From Octopus vulgaris (Eukaryota): 64,000 nt of DNA. Location: NCBI GenBank assembly GCA_951406725.2, contig OX597826.1, forward strand, positions 54,994,001 to 55,058,000. Reading direction: 5' to 3'. Shown here one piece after another: positions 1 to 12,780 of this stretch (position 1 is the stretch's first letter; the number at the start of each line of letters is the position of its first letter). Position numbers and translations under genes: made by a program. The notes beneath the pieces are model-generated. The model had not been told where the DNA came from, did no database searches, and saw only the letters and a program-made list of their open reading frames with translations.

Positions 1-134
1 ACGCGCGCACGCATGGGCATACAGATTACAGCGTGAAACGCACAAGTTAGCCATTCAAAAACACACAAAGTACCTTAACTTCATTTAAATGTACTATTTG
101 AAACATACACAAAAATACACATGCACACACATGT

Positions 135-136
135 GA

Positions 137-191
<55 letters not shown>

Positions 192-300
192 TCTGTGTTT
201 GTGTATGTCTGTGTGTGTGTATGCTTGTGGGTGTGTATGTGTATATTTGTGTGTATATGTATATGTGAATATATATATATGTACGTATGTATGTATGTAT
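135..300. repeat. Compound (TA)n/(TG)n/(TATG)n microsatellite
   Basis: Directly visible di- and tetranucleotide runs. Confidence 0.95.
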
Positions 301-851
301 ATTGAGACTTACACGAATTTAGAACAGTCATAAATTGAAATCGTATATCTCTCTGTCATTCTATATTGATGTAGATGTGTGTACAGGCGTATGTTTAAAT
401 ATAGGTATACATAATATATAAATACGTACATACGTATTTACATACATACACACACACATATATATATATATATATGTTTGTGTGTTTGTGTGTATAAATA
501 AATAAATGAAATAAATATATATATATATATGTTCTCCCCATCACAGTCATATCAACGGTAAGTAACGAATGACAAATGACTATAGCAATGCTGCGAGTCA
601 CAGTGTTGAGATGTTGGAAGCGTGGTCGGGGTGGAGGATAAATGGCGGATTAAAAATAATGAAGAGACATTGTTTTAAGTATTATCGAAACAACAATCTT
701 TTGTTGTATGACATTTTGTTCGTTGTTATTTTTTTTTCAATCTACTTTTATGTCTGCCCTTACGTATCCCATCCCCAGCTTCACCCTTCATTTCTTTTTC
801 TGTTTATTTTTTAGTTAATGGCTTAGTGGAAGCCTTTATTTCAAAACACAA

Positions 852-855
<4 letters not shown>

Positions 856-927
<72 letters not shown>

Positions 928-1130
928 GCATATATATATATATATTTATATATATATATGTATATATATGCACGTAGATGTTGTTTCATTCCAGGCAAAT
1001 AAAAAATGAGTTTTAACTTTATTTTGACACGATGTGACGCTGGTGGGTTTTGTCCGCCTGCGTGATGAAGGCTAGATGTTTCTCTAAATTGTTCTCCAGT
1101 TATTATTTATCATTATTATTATTATTATTA

Positions 1131-1189
<59 letters not shown>

Positions 1190-1308
1190 TGCCCAGTCTA
1201 TCTATCTCACCATCTTTTGTTATGATATCACGGAATGCTACCTATGTTTTTGTTTTAAATCTTTCAAATGTTTTTGATATTTTTCTTATTATTCATTGTT
1301 GTTGTTGA

Positions 1309-1377
<69 letters not shown>

Positions 1378-1382
1378 CATTT

Positions 1383-1413
<31 letters not shown>

Positions 1414-1539
1414 TACTGTTTATACTTTCTCGCTTTTGATCATTTTTACTTATAGTCTATTGTGTCAGGCCAAATCGATATAACATTAGACAACGTCTTT
1501 ATATAATCGATAAATAATTCATTATATTAAACGATCTCT

Positions 1540-1628
<89 letters not shown>

Positions 1629-1643
1629 ATACATATATATATA
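856..1643. repeat. Microsatellite cluster: (TA)n 856-968, (TTA)n ~1099-1190 and ~1307-1415, (TA)n ~1543-1643
   Basis: Directly visible perfect or near-perfect runs. Confidence 0.95.
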
Positions 1644-2087
1644 TCCATGGTGGTTACCTTTATGTGACTCAAGTAAACCTACGTGTAAATAAGTCTCATG
1701 AGTAGATGGAGCTGAACTAACTTCACATTGGTGAAAATTCAGAAAGCTTTTAGACTTGATTTCAACACAACATCCTAACAGAAAGCCCCCTCATGTAGCT
1801 TTCTCTGCCGCTTGCATCCCTCTTCCTGATTTTTCTATGTGGCCGCAACTGGACAGCCTCTTCCAATGTTCCATCAGGAATCTTGTCCTCATCAGCTTTG
1901 GGAGACCATCAGTTTCATTATTGTGTTTCTCTACTCAGAACACTAATATTGTTCAGTGGCCTCCAGTTTGTGTTTTAATTTGTAATCCTTGTAGCAACCT
2001 ATAAGATTTCGTATCTTTCTGCCATACTGTTATCTTCCGACAAAATTTTAAACAACCGGTTGAATATCAAAAGTATTATCGTTAATA

Positions 2088-2514
2088 CAGGAGTGGCTGT
2101 GTGGTAAGTAGCTTGCTTACCAACCACATGGTGCCGGGTTCAGTCCCACTGCGTGGCACCTTCGGGAAGTGTCTTCTGCTATAGCCTCGGGCCGACAAAA
2201 ACCTTGTGAGTGGATTTTTTAGACAGAAGTTGGAAGAAGCCCGTCGTATATGTATGTATGTATATATATATGCATGTATATATATGTGTGTGTGTGTGTG
2301 TATGTTTGTGTGTTTACGTCCCCGTAACTAAGCGGTTCGGCAAAAAGGAACGATAGAATAAGTACTAGGCTTGCAAAGAATAAGTTCTGGGGTCGACTTT
2401 GCCTTTCCTCCTTTCGGAATCGATAAATTAAACACCAGTTGCGTTCTGGGGTCGATCTAATCGACTGGCCTCCTCCCTAAAAATTTCGGGTCTTGTGCCT
2501 ACAATAGAAAAGAT
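2088..2514 (+). mobile_element. tRNA-derived SINE family A (CORE-like) whose 3' end switches into a family B body and tail (chimera)
   Basis: A-box-like TGGCTGTGTGG, B-box-like GGTTCAGTCCC, CORE-like GGCACCTT(C)GG.AAGTGTCTT and an internal (TA/TG)n. After GGGGTCGAC (~2390) it continues as family B (TTTGCCTTTC..GATAAATTAA..CTTGTGCCTA). Confidence 0.85.
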
Positions 2515-2982
2515 AATATAGATAGCGGCAGCTTAAATAATTTGAGTAGGTGTTGGTCAACTTTTATCTAGGCTGTGTCTAACTTAATAACACAACAGTC
2601 TTTTAAGTCATGCTTTAAAATATCCTAGCCCACGCATCTACAGAATGATTGAATGCCGAAATGTGTCAGGTGTCGGTGATCGTCTGGCTTTTCTTGGAAG
2701 AATTTGTGCAGGTGTCGTTTCATTGTTGTTTATTATTTATTTTAGAATGATATTGAGAAAGACAGAGCGGTTTTAGGTAAAAAGAAAGTTATGTCGTAAT
2801 GTTATCTATATAATGTGAGTTCGAATTTCGTAAGAGGTGTATAGCTCTGGCTCTGGGGCCAAAAATCGAGCTACTTGTGAACCTGATATTCTCTTCACTT
2901 TAACCGTATGGTAACTGAGAAAACACAGAGAGAAGAATAGATAACAAGATGGCAGTCTTTGGTTTTTATAGCGTTTTATAGG

Positions 2983-3455
2983 TGTGGCTCTGTCGTGGCT
3001 TCTTCGGCCGTGGAAATGAAGGGCTCTTCCATTGGGACGACTGCTGCTTCGTCTTTGGGTCGTTCCCGTAGACTAACTCTCGTCACTGGTGATGATCTTC
3101 GACATAAAGGATGATTTGTCAGTGGTACACTGACGGAAATATTGACAGACTTCGATGCGATGTTCTTTCTGCTCAGTGGTCAACAGGCAGGGGACAAACT
3201 TGGCAGAGACATGCTGCATGTTCACTTCAGACGTTAGGATTACCTGCACGGACCCGTTCGACAGACCAACATCAGCAATGTCGTTGACTGTCCTTCAACG
3301 ATCCTAATGCGTAAGCTAATCGATTTTCTTCAGATTCCTGGGATTGAGGTTCGTGGATGCTCTTCCAGATCGCTCATTGAGTACCAGGGACATTCTTCTA
3401 CTTTTGAAGCTACCCTGCCACTTGAAACATTGTGTACGACCCATTGCCTCGTCGC
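2983..3455 (-). mobile_element. Decayed mariner (Tc1/mariner) transposase fragment
   Basis: Manual minus-strand translation gives DEAMGRTQCF.W..FKS (HTH region) and SFMSKIITSDES*-YGNDPKTKQQSSQWKSPSFPRPKK, matching the mariner IITGDETWVYGYDPETKQQSSQW motif; stops and frameshifts present. Confidence 0.85.
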
Positions 3456-3487
3456 TCAAGATACTCAAGACCCACAAGTGCAATAAT

Positions 3488-3883
3488 AATCCTTTCTATT
3501 ATAAGCACAAGGCCTGAAATTTTGTGAGAGGGAATTAGAGGACTACATCGACCGCAGTATTTCACTGGTACTTAATTTATCGACCCCGAAATGATGAAAG
3601 GCAAAGTCGACCTTGGCGGAATTTGAACTCAGAACGTAAAGACAGATGAAATAAATATTTCTTTACTACACGCAAGGGGCTAAACACAGAGAAGACAAAC
3701 AAGGACAAACGGATTAAGTCGATTATATCAACCCCAGTGCATAACTGGTATTTAATTTATCGACCCCGAAAGGATGAAAGGTAAGACAACCTCGGCGGAA
3801 TTTGAACTCAGAATGTAACAGGAAACGAAATACGACTTCGAATTTCGCCCGGCGTGCTAACGTTTCTGCCAGCTCACTGCCTT
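3488..3883 (-). mobile_element. SINE family B head-to-tail dimer (full copy with tail type 1, then a headless copy with tail type 2)
   Basis: Two copies of the reverse complement of GTCGACTTTGCCTTTCATCCTTTCGGGGTCGATAAATTAAGTACCAG; tRNA-like head only at ~3840-3883. Confidence 0.85.
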
Positions 3884-3919
3884 TAAAATAAAGTGGGATA
3901 TAGTATAGGTAGGAATACA

Positions 3920-4125
3920 TATTTCTTTACTACCCACAAGGGGCTAAACACAGAGTGGACAAACAAGGAGAGACAAAGGGATTAAGTCGATTACATCGAC
4001 CCCAGTGCGTATCTGGTACTTATTTAATCGACCCCGAAAGGATGAAAGGCAAAGTCGACCTCGGCGAAATTTGAACTCAGAACGTAACGGCAGACAAAAC
4101 ACCGCTAAGCATTTTATCCGGCGCA
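3920..4125 (-). mobile_element. SINE family B, 5'-truncated
   Basis: Same body and tail 1 as the other B copies. Confidence 0.85.
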
Positions 4126-4499
4126 AATAATTGCGCGAAATACAATCTATTAATCATAGAAAATTTTCATTTCTTTAGTTTTCCTTTTCTTTCTTTATAT
4201 TTATGGCATTTGCCTCATCCAAATTTCTGACTAATGAAAACCCTTCATCTGTTCTGATTCCATTTATAAAGAATGCCATATGCCAACACAAACCTAAAAT
4301 TATATCAATACAAAATTTCAAGGAAAACAGTTTGCATGTTTACGCTGAATTTTTGTATTTGTAATCGGTTGTACGGCTGTTTTCTGTTTCCTCCAAGTTG
4401 GATTGACTGAGTTTCTTCGGGACGACTCGAATTTCTGCCGGCGTACATTGTTCATACATATATATGCACATACATATACAAATATATATGTGTTTGTGG

Positions 4500-4563
<64 letters not shown>

Positions 4564-5013
4564 GTTTGTGTGTGTGTATGTATGTATGTAGACAATTATA
4601 TACATATATATATATATGTGTGTTTGTGCAGCCCTGTATATACATGCTTTGACAGATACTTAACAAATATACACATGCCATAACACAGACAATTGTTTAT
4701 ACCAAGAATGAAAACATAGTCAGCAGGAAACTATAGACCGTCTGCTTGCTTAAACATAACGTAACCAGCTTTACGTAAATTGTTTAAAAAGAAATCCCAC
4801 TTAACACTGTCCCAAACCAGATGGTATTCACTGATGCGGTGACGGGTGGGGTATCCAATGAAGAATATTAATGAAGGAAAATTAATGAAGAAACCATCGC
4901 AGAAACCTTTGGAGAAAAATGGTTTGATTACAACAAGAATAGTAAACTCTGTTAGTTCCTTGATGGCGGCTTGGATCGTTATACAAAACTAATTGGTTAA
5001 TGTTGACACAGTA

Positions 5014-5230
5014 AAGGCGGTGAGCTGGTAGACTCGTTAGCGCCCCGGGAAAAATGCTTAGCAGTATTTCGTCACTGTTTACATATGAGTTCAAATTCTG
5101 TGGAGGTCGGCTTTGCCTTTCATCCTTTCGGTGCTGATAAAATATATACCAGCTGATCATTGGAGGGTCGATGTGATCTAATTACCACGTCCTCCGAAAT
5201 TGCTAGTCTTGTACCAAAATTTGAAATCAA
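5014..5230 (+). mobile_element. SINE family B (tail 2)
   Basis: AAGGCGGTGAGCTGG head, B-box-like GAGTTCAAATTC and conserved central domain; flanking TTGACACA direct repeat (5003-5010 / 5233-5240). Confidence 0.85.
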
Positions 5231-5479
5231 TTTTGACACAATGGTAATCTTTTAATTTCTTCTTTGGGTCTTCAACTTTTCGTAGGAGCTCCCCCTTCAG
5301 ACACGGCACTTTTGGGTATGTAAATCCTTGTGCTTACGTTTCTCTCTCCTAGACTGGCCGAAGCTGCGTCCATATATAATATGGACTCCCCCGTCGGTTT
5401 CGACGTATGAGGCTCCGACAACGTACTCTTTCTCAGTCATAATGATTATGTCGAACGTGACATTTAAGACCGCTCCAAC

Positions 5480-6395
5480 GATTTTCAAAGAAGGCTACAA
5501 GTGTTTCAAGTTTGAAGATTACAGGTCAGTGCAGGTGGTATATTTGCAGCCGCTTTTCTCCTTTGTCTTGCACCCTGAAGCCTGTTAATGCTGGTTGCAA
5601 CAAAGTTTTTAATACCATTTTGACAAACGATCTCCATTTTGTTCATTTAAAGGTTGTTCACTCAAAGGTGTTGTGAGCTATCTTCATTTCTAAGAGGTTA
5701 TCCTTCAGCTTGTCCTTATATCTGAGCCACGGTCGGCCAACATTCTTGTGACCACTCTCAAGCTGGCTGTACATGAGAACTTTGGGTATTCTCTCGTCAC
5801 TCATTCTAACAACATGGCCAGCGCGGCGCAGTTGTGATTGTACTAGGAAGTTCTCAATTCCACCAATCTTGCACTTGCTAAACAAGTCGGCATTAGAAAT
5901 TTTGTCTTTCAGTGAATAACCGCAGATTGTCCTCAGACAGTCTTTTTGGAAGATGTCTAATTGGTTAATGTGTCGTCTATAGGGCATATACGATTTACAG
6001 CCATACAAAAGATTAGTAAGAATGGCTGCTTATAGACTTGTATTTTGATGTCAAGTTTGATGCCCCTTTCATTCCATAGGCAATGACAGGGTTTGCCAAA
6101 AGCGTCGGTTGCCTTTGCCAGACAGTTGACGATTTCCTCATCAAGGGACACGCTCAAATTCACTTTACTACCAAGATATGTAAATGACTTCACATAATTT
6201 AGGCTTTCCCCATCAACCTGTGTAGGAGTGTCAGAAAAACTGTGAACCGGTGGCGTCTGCTTGACACCTCGAATTTGTTTAGTAGTCTGGCCAGCTTGGT
6301 GGATTACTTCCGTTTTCTTTATGAGGAACGTCAAACCAAAGGTTTTACTTGCAGCAGAAAACCTCTAAATATGTATATCAAACTTATCAAATTTG
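5480..6395 (-). mobile_element. RTE-clade LINE, 5'-truncated pseudogenised ORF (C-terminal RT/thumb region)
   Basis: ORFs 5957-6334 and 5658-6008 give KKTEV..FTYLGS..LDEEI..AKA..AFG..LW...IK..KI.VY and LYGC...Q..CLR.I...DKISN...QLRRAGHVVRMSDERIPK.LMY.QL..G..GRP.LRYKD.LK, typical of RTE/BovB-like elements; frameshift at ~6030. Confidence 0.9.
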
Positions 6396-6919
6396 TAATG
6401 CTGAGAAGCAAAGCAGACTTCGATACGAATTTTTACTAAGAACGGATAGAACTGGAACAAATCCTTTATATTAGACTGTCTAACGACTCTAGCAACTCGT
6501 CACGTTTCTTTACAGCATTCAATATTGCAAATTAAAGGCTCGCCATAAGATGGAAAATATTCTTTTAAACGATCTATTTCGATTGTCTTCTAGAAAATAG
6601 AATTTTCATATAGAATATGTCTGGAGGAAATTTCCTTATGTGCAGTTCGTTAGATTGGACTGTCACTACTTAAAGAATAAACTCCAGTTGTAACATGTTT
6701 AGGCTTACAGCAGAGTTAAACAGCAATGTCAGTAGTAATTACTTTGTCACCAATCTAAATATCTCCGTTGAAATAGTTACCTGACTGTGAAACATCTGGA
6801 TATAATAACATTTTCACCTGACATATGGATAGAACATGGTCAAAAGAAAGGTATCGACTTAATATATGCCGATCACCAGAAAAAAAACTTACAGCTTTCA
6901 ATACTGATGTATACATTAC

Positions 6920-6923
6920 ATAC

Positions 6924-6956
<33 letters not shown>

Positions 6957-7073
6957 CATACATACATACATACATATATACTTACATGCATACATACATA
7001 CATACATACATACATACATAGATACATACATACATACATACATATATACTTACATGCATACATACATACATAC

Positions 7074-7104
<31 letters not shown>

Positions 7105-7200
7105 CATACACATATACATACATACACATATGTGTTTGTGTGTGTGTATGTATAAATGTCTATACATACACATATGTGTTTGTGTGTATGTATGTATAAA
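6920..7200. repeat. (TACA)n microsatellite with internal duplication
   Basis: Visible tetranucleotide array. Confidence 0.95.
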
Positions 7201-7744
7201 TGTACATGCATGCACAAATATATATCTGTCGATCATATGAATTAATAATTTGCATAATGCAACATTTATATTGAACAACATGACTCTATACATCTTTTGC
7301 CAAAACACTGATGCAGTGACCTGGTAACACAGAAAATTCATAAAAGACACTCAGGAAAAATACACTAGTAACTATCTAACGACAGTATTTATGCATTAAG
7401 TATGATACATAATTGACTATTTTAATTAAAAACTGTCTCACTTGCGTCTTAAATCAGCCTGGCAGCTATTCACAGCAACGGGGAATGTTTTATTCACTTT
7501 TTCCTAATTCATAGTTGAAGAATTCTTGTCTGAGCATGTGACTGGCTGCGAGCATGCGCTGATATTTGTGTTTTTAACACAAGTCCATACGAGATGTTAA
7601 CCCTCGACAAATACTACAGTGATGGGTCTATTGACAATGATAATTCGTTGCGTGTAATACAATTATTGACACACACAAACACACATATCAATACTATTTC
7701 TTTCCTCTTTTAATGAATAAGAGTACGTTACTACTAAAAAAAAT

Positions 7745-7997
7745 AATAAATGTGCCCTTTTAAGCCTAGCCAGGTTCATGGGCCCGGTTTCCCGGTTTTA
7801 ATGGCATATGTGTTCCCTAGCTGGACGGGACGCCAGTCCATCGCAGCTTTACTCATTTTTGCCAGCTGAGTGAACTGGAGCAACGTGAAATGAAGTATTT
7901 TGCTCAAGAACACAACGCGTCATCCGGTCCAGGAATCGAAACCAAAATCTTGCGGTCATGATGCTGACACCCTAACCATTAAGCCACGCGCCTCCAC
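7745..7997 (-). mobile_element. SINE family C (tRNA head, CORE-like TTCTTGAGCAAAA.ACTT, V-domain-like GCGATGGACTGGCGTCCCGTCCAG)
   Basis: Reverse complement matches 15581-15830; imperfect TSD ACGT(T/C)ACTACT at 7725 and 7998. Confidence 0.85.
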
Positions 7998-8358
7998 ACG
8001 TCACTACTTACTTAATGATAAAGAATGTCTTTCAAAATGGTGTTGCGAAGGAGAGATTCTCAAATAATACAACATCAAGAATATGTGGCACTATATGGAG
8101 TTTACTTATTAAGTGTTATAGAATCTACTTACCGTATTATTGCTGATACAAACCATAGGGTTATTTGAACAAGTTTTATTATTTTTCCATAATAAAATCT
8201 CTCCAAGATAAAATAGAACCTTCACTCAGATACGTATTAGTGGTAGACTCAAGTTTCGGAAAAAAAACCCCAAGAGAACTCAATAGCCATTTGTGCATGA
8301 CGTATAGTTTCGGTGTGACTGTACCTCCAAAACATGAACATCAATATCATACATAATT

Positions 8359-8574
8359 AAGGCGGCGCGCTGGCAGAAACGTTAGCACGACGGGCGAAAT
8401 GCTTAGCGGTGTTTCGTCTGTCTTTACGTTCTGAGTTCAAACTCCGCCGCGGTCGACTTTGCCTTTCATACTTTCGGGGTCGATAAATTAAGTACCAGTT
8501 GCGTCCTGAAGTCGATGTAATCGACTGGGCCCTCTACCCCAAAATCTCGGGTCTTGTGCCTAGAGTAGAAAAGT
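8359..8574 (+). mobile_element. SINE family B, full length with 16-bp TSD
   Basis: ATATCATACATAATTA at 8344-8359 and 8575-8590 flanks a complete head, body and tail 2. Confidence 0.92.
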
Positions 8575-8653
8575 ATATCATACATAATTACTTATAATAT
8601 TAAAACAGCATGTACTGTGATTCAAAAATTATTGAATAATTTTTGATTTAATA

Positions 8654-9365
8654 TGGCTACAAATTTTGGGGCAAGCCAGTAATTTCGACGAAGGGGATAA
8701 TTCAATTACATCGACACCAGTAATCAACTGATACTTATTTTATCGATCCCGAAAGGATAAAATGCAAAGTCGATCTCTGCTTAATTTGGACTCAGAACAT
8801 AAAGACAGGCGAAGTGCCGCTAAGCATTTTTTATCGGCATACTAACGATTGTGCCAGCTTGCCGCTCTAATTGTTTATATAGTATGCGACCATAAAGCGG
8901 GGAGCCGGCAGAATTTTTAGTAAGCTGAGCAAAATGTTAAGCGTCATTTCATCTGTCTTTACGTTCTGAGTTCAAATCCTGCAGAGGTCGTCTTTAACTT
9001 TCCTCCTTTCGGGGGTCGATAAAATAAGTACCAGTTGAACACCGGAGTCGATGTGATCGACTTATCCCCTCCACAAAGATTGCTAGTCTTGTGTCAAAGT
9101 AAAAGAAATATAATATCCGACTTGGGCTACTGAAGGGATACGATTATATTGTCTTCTATAGAGCCACAAGGCCAGAAACTTCGGATAAGTGAAGTAGTCG
9201 GTTATATGAGCGCCATTATCTGACTGTTTAATATATTGACTTCGGAAGAGCGGAAGATAAATCTGCCATCATAGCGATTTGGAATCAGCACGTAAATTGT
9301 TGGAGCGGATAATATAAGAGCTTTATTTCAACGCATTTACAGACCTGTCAATCCATCACCCTTTA
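8654..9365. mobile_element. Three older family B copies in alternating orientation (~8654-8870 -, ~8895-9105 +, ~9160-9365 - degenerate)
   Basis: Recognisable GGTCGATAAAATAAGTACCAG cores and heads. Confidence 0.7.
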
Positions 9366-10370
9366 CAAGATCTTGTTCTGTTAACAGAATTTTCAAAAGC
9401 AAAGCATTCTACAAAAGAAATTATGTTCGGATATTTTAGTTAGTAAACGGAGAATGATACCAACATTACGTGGAAATGTAACCCCTCTGGATCTGATGAT
9501 TCCCACATCACGTGATAGTTTGAAAGTTAACTGAGGAGAAACAGATGACAAACAAAATTATCTGATGGAAATAAGTGATAGGGAAACCTTTAAGCCATTA
9601 ACGAAGTTCTACTGATAGCATCAGCTTTGTGATATTTACTTGGGGATATCGCAGCTGGTTCCAATGTCACTACTTCAGTAAGCTTCTATACGGAACTGTG
9701 TCTTTATTCAAACAATACACTTTGCCTTCAGTAGGAAAAAAACTGCTTTAGGGTAATTATAACACATACTATTGAAGTTCAGTAAATTCACATTTTTAAC
9801 ACAAGAAATATTGGTGGAACATTGCCATCGTAAACTACGCCAAAATAAAAATGTAACAGGCTCGGCGTCGTTGTCTGAGATATAAAAACTAATTCGTGTG
9901 CAACGGTAGAGTTCAGATGCCTCGGCTGATAAAAGAATTTCAGTCAAAATCGATGAGAGAAAAAAAAGATAAAGAAACTACTGTTTTGAAACGTACAACG
10001 GCTGTAGGTCAATTATAAATTTAGGTTTGTGTCGATAAATTATTGGCACACTTGGTTAAGTTAACGAAATGTTTAAGTAATAATGTTTACAAGTAGTTAT
10101 TTGAGATAGAAATAGAAAGAATTGTAAAGCAATCATGAAATATTTATAATGTATATAGACGCAGGGCTGGTTACGTAGTTAAAAAAACTTGTTTCCCAAC
10201 CGTCTAGTCTCGGGTTCAGTCTGGTTGTACGGCACCTCGGGTATTTGCCTTTTACAACAAAGCCTTGTGTACATATTTGGTAGATGGAGACTGAAAGAAA
10301 CCCTTTGCATCTATCTACATATCTTTGTGTGCATCTTTCTGTATATATATATCTCTATATCTATAATATA

Positions 10371-10420
<50 letters not shown>

Positions 10421-10433
10421 TATATAATTTTTA

Positions 10434-10830
10434 AAGACAATAACAAACGTGAAGGCAAAGCACACATCTCAAGTCATTTATTTTATTATCATTGGAAAGA
10501 GATTCAAAGTCTTACAGCTGTTTCTGGGATATTCTGTCATCGGAGACAAATAGGGAAGATGAGAATAGTATAGATTAATGAAATGAGGACATAGAAGACA
10601 GGAGTGAAAGAATTAGGAGATGGAGAAAGAGGAGAAAATAAGCATAAAAATTCACAGTTCAACTTTCCGATCTTGTAGAAATAAGTCCATGAGTCATTAT
10701 TTCTACAAGATCGGAAAGTTGAACTGTGAATTCTAAGTCCTTAGGTGCAATCCGAAATAAATCCATAAATCCGTTACAGCATTTACCTAGCGTACCTAGC
10801 TGTTTAGATCACCTGTGAACTAAACCCCCA
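10434..10830 (-). mobile_element. Penelope-like terminal/pLTR-type fragment with hammerhead-like motif and internal 36-bp fold-back
   Basis: Flanked on both sides by (TA)n; HHR-like motif at 10509-10547; perfect inverted repeat at 10649-10732. Confidence 0.55.
10509..10547 (-). ncRNA. Minimal type-I hammerhead ribozyme-like motif (degenerate stem II)
   Basis: RNA GUCU-CCGAUGA-CAGAAUAUCCCA-GAAACAGCUGUA-AGAC: stem I GUCU/AGAC, palindromic stem III ACAGCUGU, cleavage triplet GUA. Confidence 0.55.
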
Positions 10831-10861
10831 TATTTTGTATTATATATATATATATATTTGA

Positions 10862-11001
10862 AATTATAGAAAAACGTAAGATGAAGGCAGGTGTATGAAC
10901 AACAAGCAAGTGTATTAGTTTGAAAATGAAAAAAAGTCTTTTACGTTTCGAGCCTACGCTCTTCAACAGAAAGGAATAAGAGAAAATATACAGAGAGAGA
11001 A

Positions 11002-11003
<2 letters not shown>
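10862..11003 (-). mobile_element. Short Penelope-like terminal element in (TA)n carrying an HHR-like motif
   Basis: (TA)n on both sides; motif at 10938-10973; loosely related to 20780-21013. Confidence 0.55.
10938..10973 (-). ncRNA. Minimal type-I hammerhead ribozyme-like motif
   Basis: RNA CUUU-CUGUUGA-A-GAGC(GUAG)GCUC-GAAACGUA-AAAG: stem I CUUU/AAAG, stem II 4 bp, palindromic ACGU stem III; core has U at position 6. Confidence 0.6.
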
Positions 11004-11042
<39 letters not shown>

Positions 11043-11623
11043 GTATATATATATATCTTTGTATGCGTATCTTGTATTTTGTTTTCTTCCTCTGCTTGAC
11101 AATTAGTGCTGGTTTGTTTATGTCTCTGTAACTTGGCGGTTCGGCAAAAGAACCGATAGAATAACAACTAGGCTTTAAAACATGACTACTGGGTCGATTT
11201 GTTCAACTTCAAGCCGGTTGTCTCACCATGACCGTAGCCCAATGAAACAGGAAAGATATGAAAGATATTGAAAGAACAGTGAAAATATACGGTGTGTCTT
11301 GAACATTTTTTAAACATTGTGCAGATTAAGCATAGACGACTTATTCCAGAAATAGAGACAGAGATAAACAATCGATTTCAGTACAGAGTTTATACTTCAT
11401 TTATCGACCCGGAAATAATGCAAAGCAAGATCAATTTACGTATGATTGAACACAGAGCGCAATGGGATTTAGTAATTAGTGCAAAACTATCTATCCAATA
11501 CTCTTTCGATTTATCCAGGTGGAATGGTAAACCAGCTGAATGTTCCACAATTCGTATCTTGTCTCTAGCAGGATTATGTTCATGGCTAAGCTATGCAACA
11601 CTGAAATATTCATATTTCACGCT

Positions 11624-11846
11624 TATTTCTTTATTATCCACAAGGGGCTAAACACAGAGAGGACAGACAAACGGATTAAGTCGATTACATCGACCCCAGT
11701 GCGTAACTGGTACTTAATTTATCGACCCCGAAAGGATGAAAGGCAAAGTCGACCTCGGCGGAATTTGAACTCAGAACGTAACGGCAGACGAAATACGGCT
11801 ACGCATTTCACCCAGCGTGCTAACGATTCTGCCAGCTCGCCGCCTT
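11624..11846 (-). mobile_element. SINE family B, near full length (tail 1)
   Basis: High similarity to 37640-37876. Confidence 0.9.
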
Positions 11847-11865
11847 ACTCTACCTAACGATCTAA

Positions 11866-12084
11866 CTCTTTCGATACCAGTCCGCCAAAGCCATCTCATC
11901 CTTTGTTCGCATACCATCTTCGGGTTTTAAAATGATCTAAATTAACAGCCTCCATCACAGTTACATTTTCTATATCCCAGACACCAGCCTGATAATAATA
12001 GAGCTATTTCACAAAACCCTTTCATATTTTCAAAATCATTTGAAATAACTGCTGTGTATTTCAACAAATACGGTAACAAAAGGG
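11866..12084. mobile_element. Possible piggyBac-like MITE
   Basis: Termini CTCTTTCGATACC ... GGTAACAAAAGGG are imperfect inverted repeats (10/13) of the CCCTTT type; TTAA TSD is degenerate. Confidence 0.4.
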
Positions 12085-12254
12085 AGCTTATAGACACGCG
12101 TAAACTTTGGCGCAAGAGATGTATTTCTGGGTAGAGCTTGGAGACTCTAATGTCAATTCGTCCAACATATACTAATAACGTTTAAAATGTTATAGTGAAT
12201 CTGTATGCTTATATAGTTAACCTATATGCTAATTGGCTAAAAATCAGTCTTATA

Positions 12255-12364
12255 CATACATACATACATACATACATACATACATACATACATGCATGCA
12301 TGCATGCATACATACATACATACATACATGCATACATACATACGTACTTACATACATGCATACA
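12255..12364. repeat. (TACA/TGCA)n microsatellite, probably the 3' tail of the adjacent LINE end
   Basis: Visible array abutting 12365. Confidence 0.9.
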
Positions 12365-12502
12365 TGGTGGTTGTCTACTCCTTATACAGAGTTTGACCAC
12401 TTCCTGTACCTACACCTTAGAACCATTATGGCAGCTGATGTGGCTTTTAAATCCAGACAATGTGTTGAAAAGACTCTCACATAGATTGCATATCCGATTG
12501 CA
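12365..12502 (-). mobile_element. 3' end of an RTE-like LINE (C2H2-like zinc finger plus short 3'UTR)
   Basis: Translation ICNLCESLFNTLSGFKSHISCH followed by a stop, a short UTR and a (TATG)n tail. Confidence 0.55.
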
Positions 12503-12691
12503 AACATACATAAATACATACATAAATACATACATACATTTATATAAACATGAATACGTATATATATATCTTTGTCTGTGTCTGTCTATCTCTCTCGCTC
12601 TCTGTATATAAACATATATATGCGTGTCTGTATGTACACATTTATGTTTAAGTATGTACACACGCATATGTTTGTATACACAACTATGTAT

Positions 12692-12780
<89 letters not shown>

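Larger units (their letters stand above)
10158..11270 (+). mobile_element. Family A SINE split by insertions in its internal (TA)n (head ~10158-10310, tail ~11060-11270)
   Basis: The head ends in GAAAGAAACCC like other A copies; the tail GTAACTTGGCGGTTCGGCAAAAG..GATAGAATAA resumes after ~750 bp of (TA)n and inserted elements. Confidence 0.7.

Noticed and set aside
6787-6910. KGIDLIYAD..K, faintly like the CR1 RT motif VD.IY.DF.KAFD
   Set aside because: Too short and degenerate to support a call
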